A stretch of DNA of 64,000 nt from Pyrinomonadaceae bacterium. Its GTDB lineage: Bacteria; Acidobacteriota; Blastocatellia; Pyrinomonadales; Pyrinomonadaceae. Positions 56,745 through 64,000 of this stretch are shown here, in pieces (the stretch's first letter is position 1; the number at the start of each line of letters is the position of its first letter). Under the pieces are notes generated by a model. It was not told the DNA's origin, did not search any database, and worked only from the letters and a program-made list of their open reading frames with translations. The stretch is taken from positions 10,711 to 74,710 of the forward strand of contig DASRPN010000155.1 of the NCBI GenBank assembly GCA_035646355.1, given 5' to 3'. A program made the translations under genes and the position numbers.

Positions 56745-57152
56745 TTACCGGGAAGAAGCGAGTTGTAATCGCACGACAGAACGCTCCAGCTTGGCCCGCG
56801 CCACCTCGAAGTCCTCTTCAGTTCCACTCCACTGATTGAGCTGTTTTTCAAGGCGTTCACGCGACAACTTCGCGCGGGCCGCGTCGATCTCTTCCGGCCG
56901 CTCGGCAACATCCGCGAGCACCGAAACATGATCGTCGCGCACCTCGACAAACCCGCCTGAGACATGCAAAGGGGAACTCTTCCCATCCTGCACGTACGTC
57001 AACACACCAGTTTGTAGTTGTGAGATTAGCGGCGTGTGACCCGGAAGAATTCCTAACTCACCGCCAAGTCCCGGGACCGTAACCATGTCCACGGTCTCGG
57101 CCAACACACGCCGCTCAGGAGTAACAACTTCGAGTTGTATTCGGTCTGCCAT
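56745..57152 (-). CDS. atpC: F0F1 ATP synthase epsilon subunit
   Basis: 135 aa. The N-terminus LEVVTPERRVL...V.MVTVPG..GELGILPGH is typical of AtpC. Follows atpD. Confidence 0.9.
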   Translation of the reverse strand: MADRIQLEVVTPERRVLAETVDMVTVPGLGGELGILPGHTPLISQLQTGVLTYVQDGKSSPLHVSGGFVEVRDDHVSVLADVAERPEEIDAARAKLSRERLEKQLNQWSGTEEDFEVARAKLERSVVRLQLASSR

Positions 57153-57176
57153 ACAGGATTCGTCTTGCTTTTGGTT

Positions 57177-58826
<1,650 letters not shown>

Positions 58827-59096
58827 TTATATTTCGGGATCGATGCGAATCTTCATTCGCTGGAGGACCTGTAGATCTTCTTCGGTGAGATCGAGAGTGG
58901 CGCGATCAGTCTCAGTGTCATCTTCGCCGGCGTGAGGTCTGAGACCGATCTCGAGACGCAGCGTCAATTCCATTTCGTATCCGGCTTCTCGCAATCGTTC
59001 GATTGCTTCCGCAACTTTCGTCGAGTTCTCGACTGATTCGTTAATCGCGCTGCCAATCTCGCGAACTATCTCTTTTGCGTCGTCATCGATTTCCAT
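58827..59096 (-). CDS. Small acidic hypothetical protein upstream of atpD
   Basis: 89-aa ORF, same strand as atpDC, with predicted helical, highly acidic composition. No motif recognised. Confidence 0.4.
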   Translation of the reverse strand: MEIDDDAKEIVREIGSAINESVENSTKVAEAIERLREAGYEMELTLRLEIGLRPHAGEDDTETDRATLDLTEEDLQVLQRMKIRIDPEI

Positions 59097-59171
59097 TTTG
59101 CTGGTATGCTACGACAGTAGCTGAAGATTGCCAACTGTCAATCGCACCTTATAGACTGTCATAGTCCCGTT

Positions 59172-60284
59172 ATGTTTGGAACCATTGGAATTCTGACCGG
59201 AGGTGGCGATGCGCCGGGTCTGAATGCGGTGATTCGCGCGGTGGTGAAGGCTGCCACGTGCGAATACGGCATGCGCGTAATCGGCATCGAAGACGGCTTC
59301 GAAGGTTTACTCGGCGCCAGCAAAACACGTTCGCTTAATGCGTCGGACGTGCGGGGACTTTTGCCTCGTGGCGGAACGATTCTCGGGACGCGCAATCGCG
59401 GCTGTTTTGTCGAACGTGAGAAAGATGGCGTGCGGATGAGCGTCGAGGCCGTTTACGCAGAAGCCATCGCCAACATGAAGATCCTCGGGATCGATGCCCT
59501 CGTGGTCCTTGGCGGTGAAGGTACGCTGGGCATCGCCAATGAATTTCACAAACGTGGCGTTCCGATCTGTGGCGTACCCAAGACGATCGACAATGATCTC
59601 GCTTGCACGGAACTGACGTTTGGTTTTGTCACTGCGTTGGATATCGCCACGGAAGCGCTTGATCGGTTGCACACGACGGCTGAGTCGCACGATCGCGTGA
59701 TGATCCTCGAAGTAATGGGCCGGCACGCAGGTTGGATTGCGCTGCACTCGGGGATCGCGGGCGGCGCTGATGTGATCCTGATTCCGGAGATACCGTTTAC
59801 GCTCGATTCAGTTTGTGAGAAAGTGCGCGCGCGCGACGCGATGGGATCAAATTTTAGTATCATCGTGGTCGCGGAAGGCGCGATCGAAATCGGGCACGAG
59901 CTGGTTTATCAAGACAAGGGTGATAGTTCTCGTGCACCCCGGCTCGGGGGAATCGGCCAGCACTTGCAGCGAGATCTCGAGGAGGTTACCGGACGAGAGA
60001 CGCGGTGCGTGGTTCTGGGACACCTCCAGCGGGGCGGGCGCCCGAACGCTTTTGACCGCATGTTGGCGACGAATTTTGGGTCTTGTGCGGTGCGAGCGTT
60101 GGCGAATGGTGAAAGTGGCGTAATGGTGGCGCTCCAGGCGGGCGACGTCGTCACTGTGCCGCTAGCCGAGGCGATCAAGGGTATTAAAACAGTACCGCCG
60201 GACGGTCAGCTCGTGCGGACAGCGCGTGACACCGGCGTTTCTTTTGGCGCGCAGAACGAGGCCAGTTATCATAAGCCGAGTTAG
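59172..60284 (+). CDS. pfkA: 6-phosphofructokinase (ATP- or PPi-dependent not resolved)
   Basis: GILTGGGDAPGLNAVIR, GGEGT, PKTIDNDL, MGRHAGW motifs. Confidence 0.85.
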   Translation: MFGTIGILTGGGDAPGLNAVIRAVVKAATCEYGMRVIGIEDGFEGLLGASKTRSLNASDVRGLLPRGGTILGTRNRGCFVEREKDGVRMSVEAVYAEAIANMKILGIDALVVLGGEGTLGIANEFHKRGVPICGVPKTIDNDLACTELTFGFVTALDIATEALDRLHTTAESHDRVMILEVMGRHAGWIALHSGIAGGADVILIPEIPFTLDSVCEKVRARDAMGSNFSIIVVAEGAIEIGHELVYQDKGDSSRAPRLGGIGQHLQRDLEEVTGRETRCVVLGHLQRGGRPNAFDRMLATNFGSCAVRALANGESGVMVALQAGDVVTVPLAEAIKGIKTVPPDGQLVRTARDTGVSFGAQNEASYHKPS

Positions 60285-60319
60285 TGGAACGCGGATTGAA
60301 TGGTCCGGATTGAATTTAG

Positions 60320-60817
60320 ATGTCACAGGTAATCAAAGAAAAGCTACAGGGCGAACTCGACGAGCTCGAAACGGAGCTTCGCATTCATCTGCCGAAGGAG
60401 ATTAAGCGGGCGCTCGAGTTTGGCGACCTGCGCGAGAATTCCGAGTATCGCGCCGCGCTCGACCGGCAGAACGTCGTCAAGGCCCGGATAGTCGAACTCC
60501 GGCAACGGATTAGCGAGATTGCCTCAATCGATCCGAACAAGGTGCCGCGTGATAAGGCGTCGTATGGATCGACGCTGGTCCTGTTCGACGCGGAGAAGGA
60601 CGAAGAGGTCACTTATCGTCTCGTGACTCCGGAGGAAAGTGACCCGGCCCAGGGACTGATTTCAACCACTTCGCCGGTAGGCAGGAGCCTGATGGGCAAA
60701 CAGGAAGGCGACGAAGTGGTGGTCCGCACCCCGTCCGGCGCGCGCAACTTCGAGATCCGGCAACTTAGGACCCTGCATGATGAAATGTCCGCGGACGTAC
60801 AGTCGGGCACACCCTAA
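60320..60817 (+). CDS. greA: Transcription elongation factor GreA
   Basis: 165 aa. Coiled-coil N-terminus with GDLRENSEYRAA and a C-terminal FKBP-like domain (YGSTLVLFD...YRLV...E.D...G.IS..SP.G..LMGK..GDEV). Confidence 0.9.
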   Translation: MSQVIKEKLQGELDELETELRIHLPKEIKRALEFGDLRENSEYRAALDRQNVVKARIVELRQRISEIASIDPNKVPRDKASYGSTLVLFDAEKDEEVTYRLVTPEESDPAQGLISTTSPVGRSLMGKQEGDEVVVRTPSGARNFEIRQLRTLHDEMSADVQSGTP

Positions 60818-60863
60818 GCGAGTAAAAAATACGGGATTAACCGAGGAGAAACTAAGCTAGCAG

Positions 60864-61577
60864 ATGTTTGGTGCAAGTATCGGACGAGCCGCCCAGCGGA
60901 TCATCGATGCCATTGTGCGGTGGCTGGCCAGTGGGCACATCAATCCCAATCTCCTGACCGTGATCGGCGTTGGCATAAATGTCGGCTGCGGTCTTCTTTT
61001 TGGGTTTGGGCGTTTTTTCTCAGCGGGCATTCTGCTCCTGGTCGCAAACCTCTTCGACATGCTTGACGGCCAGGTGGCCCGGCTCTCGGGCCGAGTAACG
61101 AGATTTGGCGGCTTTCTCGATTCTTCGTTGGACCGCCTGTCGGATATGGTTGTATTTGTGGGCCTTATGGTCTTTTACGCCCGCGACATCCCGGACCACT
61201 CAACTCTTAACGTTTTTCTCGCGGGCGCCGGACTAATGGGCTCGGTTATGGTAAGCTACGCCAGCGCGCGGGCAGAGAGCCTGATTCCCAAATGCGATGT
61301 CGGCTTCCTGCGACGCCCAGAACGCGTGATACTCTTTATTATCGGCGCGCTTAGTACTCATCCAGGTTCTGATAATTTCTTTGCCAATCGGATGCCGGCT
61401 GTGTTGTGGGTACTTGCAGTTGGCTCCTATTGGACCTTCGCGCATCGCATGTACCACACGTGGCGCGAACTGGCGAAGGTAGAGGCAACAAAAACAGAGA
61501 ACGTGCCGGCTCAGGAAATACGTATACAGAATCCGATATCGTTCGTTAAGTCCGCGTTTCCGGAAAAACAGGGATAA
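60864..61577 (+). CDS. CDP-alcohol phosphatidyltransferase family protein
   Basis: DMLDGQVARLSGRVTRFGGFLDSSLDRLSD matches D-G-x2-A-R-x8-G-x3-D-x3-D. Multiple TM segments. Confidence 0.8.
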   Translation: MFGASIGRAAQRIIDAIVRWLASGHINPNLLTVIGVGINVGCGLLFGFGRFFSAGILLLVANLFDMLDGQVARLSGRVTRFGGFLDSSLDRLSDMVVFVGLMVFYARDIPDHSTLNVFLAGAGLMGSVMVSYASARAESLIPKCDVGFLRRPERVILFIIGALSTHPGSDNFFANRMPAVLWVLAVGSYWTFAHRMYHTWRELAKVEATKTENVPAQEIRIQNPISFVKSAFPEKQG

Positions 61578-61603
61578 CGCGAGCGCTCTTTTGAGGTAGA
61601 AAC

Positions 61604-62512
61604 GTGACTATCTGTCCGTGCTGTGGCTTCAAGTTTGTTGGAGCCTTGAGCAATGGTTGTAGACAATGTGGGGCCCGCTCGGTAGGTGAGCCCCTTCCGA
61701 GACCGGCCCACGAACTTCCGTCCTACGGACGCGCGCTCGTGTTGGCAGTTGCCGGCTCCCTCACCGTCCTTCTTTTCCTCACGCAAACAGTCATCGCGGT
61801 GTTTTCCAAATCGCTGGATCCATTGGGTGGATGGTCCTGGATCACGGCGGGCCAGATCGCTGCGTGGCGGTTGAAGTGGGTCTCGATTCCGCTGCTGATC
61901 GTAACCGTCTGGTTAGGCCGAAAGCTTTACCGCTCGATCAAACAGAACCCGGAAAAGTTTTGCGGTCTGAAACATGCGCGACGCGGTTTGTTCGCGACAT
62001 CCTTCGTAGTGTTTCTGATTGCGTTGTTGATCGGAGTCACTGTGCCGGAGCGACTGCGACAACGACAAATGGCGAAGGATGCCACTTTCAAGGCTCACTA
62101 CTACAAGTTTGAAACCGCCACCCTCGAATATCAGTTGCGCTACCAAACCTACCCGGCCGACATCGCCGATCTCAGAAAACGGATTCCGGATCCTGATGGC
62201 ACCCTGGCCGAAGCCTTAAGATTCATAGACCCAAATGGTTACCGGCCCAGTGCCGACTTCGCTGCAAATGCCGCGGAGAAAACGCCGTCTCTGCGCGGCG
62301 CGGCTATCCGCCGAGTTTCATTATCCGCCACCGACGATACCCCGAGTGGAAGTTTGGCATTCACCACCTACGAACTACAGCTCCCGGGTGAAGACAAGAT
62401 CCTTGGCACCGAAGACGACTGGATCGGGTCGAACGGCATCCTGAAGCGAGTAACCGAGGTTTCCAAAGGTGGTGTGGGCCGTTCCGTTTCAGCCGGTATC
62501 CTGCAACCATAG
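61604..62512 (+). CDS. Zinc-ribbon membrane protein of unknown function
   Basis: GTG start. CPCCGFKFVGALSNGCRQCG, then 3 TM segments and a ~170-aa extracytoplasmic domain that is faintly pseudopilin-like. Confidence 0.55.
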   Translation: MTICPCCGFKFVGALSNGCRQCGARSVGEPLPRPAHELPSYGRALVLAVAGSLTVLLFLTQTVIAVFSKSLDPLGGWSWITAGQIAAWRLKWVSIPLLIVTVWLGRKLYRSIKQNPEKFCGLKHARRGLFATSFVVFLIALLIGVTVPERLRQRQMAKDATFKAHYYKFETATLEYQLRYQTYPADIADLRKRIPDPDGTLAEALRFIDPNGYRPSADFAANAAEKTPSLRGAAIRRVSLSATDDTPSGSLAFTTYELQLPGEDKILGTEDDWIGSNGILKRVTEVSKGGVGRSVSAGILQP

Positions 62513-62518
62513 CGACGC

Positions 62519-62806
62519 ATGTCGTTTCTGGATCGTTTCCGTAAAAAAGTCGAAGACGAAGCCTCACGAATCGCACGTCTTTCCAAGACGGGACGCATGA
62601 CTGACGGAAACATCATCGACGCCGTCTCCGACAACAACGGTCGCATCACGCAAGTCACTTACACATACACGCTGGCGGGAGTGCTTTACGAATCTTCACA
62701 GGCACTCACCGACCAGCAACAGCAGCATTCATTCGACTACGCGCCCGGTAAACAAATCGTCGTCAGATACGATCCACGTCAACCTGCGAACTCGATTGTC
62801 GTATAG
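62519..62806 (+). CDS. Small hypothetical protein (DUF3592-like beta-rich pattern)
   Basis: 95 aa. ...PGKQIVVRYDPRQPANSIVV resembles the DUF3592 C-terminal pattern. No TM segment. Confidence 0.45.
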   Translation: MSFLDRFRKKVEDEASRIARLSKTGRMTDGNIIDAVSDNNGRITQVTYTYTLAGVLYESSQALTDQQQQHSFDYAPGKQIVVRYDPRQPANSIVV

Positions 62807-62896
62807 AGCTTTGTTCTTTGTGCTTTGTACTTTGACTCCGTAGACTGGCACTCTTGTAATGATCGAACAAAGAACAAAGTTCTAAGCACAAAGCTC
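62807..62896. repeat. Word-repeat hairpin element P (GTAC/CAAAG type)
   Basis: GAGCTTTGTTCTTTGTGCTTTGTACTTTG ... CAAAGAACAAAGTTCTAAGCACAAAGCTC. Starts right after the stop at 62806 and ends 7 nt before ATG 62904. Confidence 0.85.
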
Positions 62897-62903
62897 AAAA
62901 CGA

Positions 62904-64000
62904 ATGTTTCGCAAAGTACTGATAGCCAATCGTGGGGAGATCGCTGTCCGCATCATTCGCGGTTGCCGCGAGCTGGGCATCAGGGCCGTCGCGATCTATT
63001 CCGAAGCGGATGCCGAAAGCTTGCACGTGCGCGCCGCGGATGAGGCGGTGTGCGTCGGTCCCGCTTCGTCAGCCCACAGCTATCTCAACATCGACGCCGT
63101 CATCGCAGCGGCGAAGTCCGTCGGTGCCGAAGCCATCCATCCCGGCTACGGCTTTCTCGCCGAAAACGCTGACTTCGCTCGCGCTGTGACTTCAGCGGGT
63201 TTGACCTTCATTGGTCCAAGTGCTGAAGCAATGGAGTTGATGGGTTCGAAAACAAGCGCGCGCCGCGTCGCTGTTGAAGCGGGTGTCCCCATCGTGCCGG
63301 GGACCGTTGATGCACTCGGGTCATTTGAAGAAGCGCGCAAGACGGCGGAAGAGTTTGGTTATCCAGTGATGTTGAAAGCCGCGGCGGGTGGTGGCGGCAA
63401 AGGCATGCGGCTGGTGACGAGCGGTGACGAACTGCGTTCGGCATTCGAGACCGCGCAGACCGAAGCTGCAGCCGCGTTCGGCGATTCAGCGTTGTACTTA
63501 GAGAAAGCAATCGAACGTCCGCGGCATATTGAAATCCAGATTTTCGGCGATAGTCATGGCCACGTGGTCCATCTCGGCGAGCGCGAGTGTTCGATTCAAC
63601 GTCGACACCAGAAGGTGATCGAGGAGTGTCCGTCGCCAATCAATGATCCGGATTTACGTCGGCGCATGGGCGGGGCGGCTGTGAAGATCGGCCAGTCCGT
63701 GAACTACACGGGCGCGGGAACGGTCGAGTTTTTACTGTCAGACGCGACACGCGAGTTTTACTTTCTCGAGATGAACACGCGTCTACAGGTGGAGCATCCT
63801 GTAACTGAACTCGTTACTGGTTTCGATCTCGTGCGAGAGCAGTTTCGGGTTGCGGCTGGTGAGCCGCTGTCGTTCACGCCGGACGACGTGCGCTGGTTGG
63901 GCCATGCGATTGAATGCCGGATTTACGCCGAGGATCCTGCCAACAACTTCTTTCCTTCGCCGGGAACGATCACGTACCTGCGCGAACCTTCCGGGCCGGG
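62904..64000 (+). CDS. accC: Biotin carboxylase (acetyl-CoA carboxylase AccC, or the BC domain of another biotin-dependent carboxylase); 3' end outside the window
   Basis: Not in the ORF track because there is no stop within the window. My translation gives MFRKVLIANRGEIAVRIIRGCRELGIRAVAIYSEADAESLHVRAADEAVCVGP...HPGYGFLAEN...MLKAAAGGGGKGMRLV...EMNTRLQVEHPVTE. Confidence 0.85.
   Translation, partial: MFRKVLIANRGEIAVRIIRGCRELGIRAVAIYSEADAESLHVRAADEAVCVGPASSAHSYLNIDAVIAAAKSVGAEAIHPGYGFLAENADFARAVTSAGLTFIGPSAEAMELMGSKTSARRVAVEAGVPIVPGTVDALGSFEEARKTAEEFGYPVMLKAAAGGGGKGMRLVTSGDELRSAFETAQTEAAAAFGDSALYLEKAIERPRHIEIQIFGDSHGHVVHLGERECSIQRRHQKVIEECPSPINDPDLRRRMGGAAVKIGQSVNYTGAGTVEFLLSDATREFYFLEMNTRLQVEHPVTELVTGFDLVREQFRVAAGEPLSFTPDDVRWLGHAIECRIYAEDPANNFFPSPGTITYLREPSGP

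Noticed and set aside
59172-60284. Assigning the phosphofructokinase as PPi-dependent from the GGEGT motif.
   Set aside because: The diagnostic residues (GGDG versus GGDD, and the Gly/Lys at the second site) cannot be read unambiguously from this variant motif without an alignment. Left unresolved.

Overview
This is a gene-dense 64-kb chromosomal segment with about 60 CDS. I recognised no rRNA, tRNA, CRISPR array, transposase, integrase or prophage or defence island. By gene content it looks like a soil Acidobacteriota-like bacterium, but that is a guess. Left to right it holds:
- an S9 peptidase, a frameshifted GxxExxY gene and a group-II PLP decarboxylase;
- a liv-type branched-chain amino-acid ABC operon bracketed by two paralogous binding proteins;
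- an arginine cluster (argH divergent from argR-argG-X-argC-argD-argF'-argB) with one uncharacterised P-loop gene X embedded;
- assorted small genes: hemerythrin-like, a PolX N-terminal fragment, glycosylasparaginase and a VOC protein;
- an ECF sigma factor translationally coupled to a Ser/Thr kinase;
- an FHA / Ser-Thr kinase / RDD / FHA-GAF-PP2C signalling operon;
- a MacAB-type efflux operon;
- an operon of polysaccharide deacetylase, a TonB_C-domain protein, OppD and OppF ATPases and a membrane protein;
- a methylmalonyl-CoA mutase catalytic subunit and RlmI;
- a giant VPS10/BNR protein and a 1008-aa secreted PLD-like protein carrying a triplicated unknown module;
- Ctp protease, GT2, pdxJ, atpDC, pfk, greA, a CDP-alcohol phosphatidyltransferase and a biotin carboxylase (partial).

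Three things look most novel:
1. Gene X sits in the arg operon, where no argA, argJ or argE is present. The argF' specificity residue points to N-succinyl intermediates.
2. At least 13 intergenic hairpin elements are built from short tandem words. Several fill stop-to-start gaps exactly and supply SD-less CA-rich leaders.
3. The PLD protein carries a triplicated W/Cys module.

All functional calls come from reading motifs by eye. No database search was possible.
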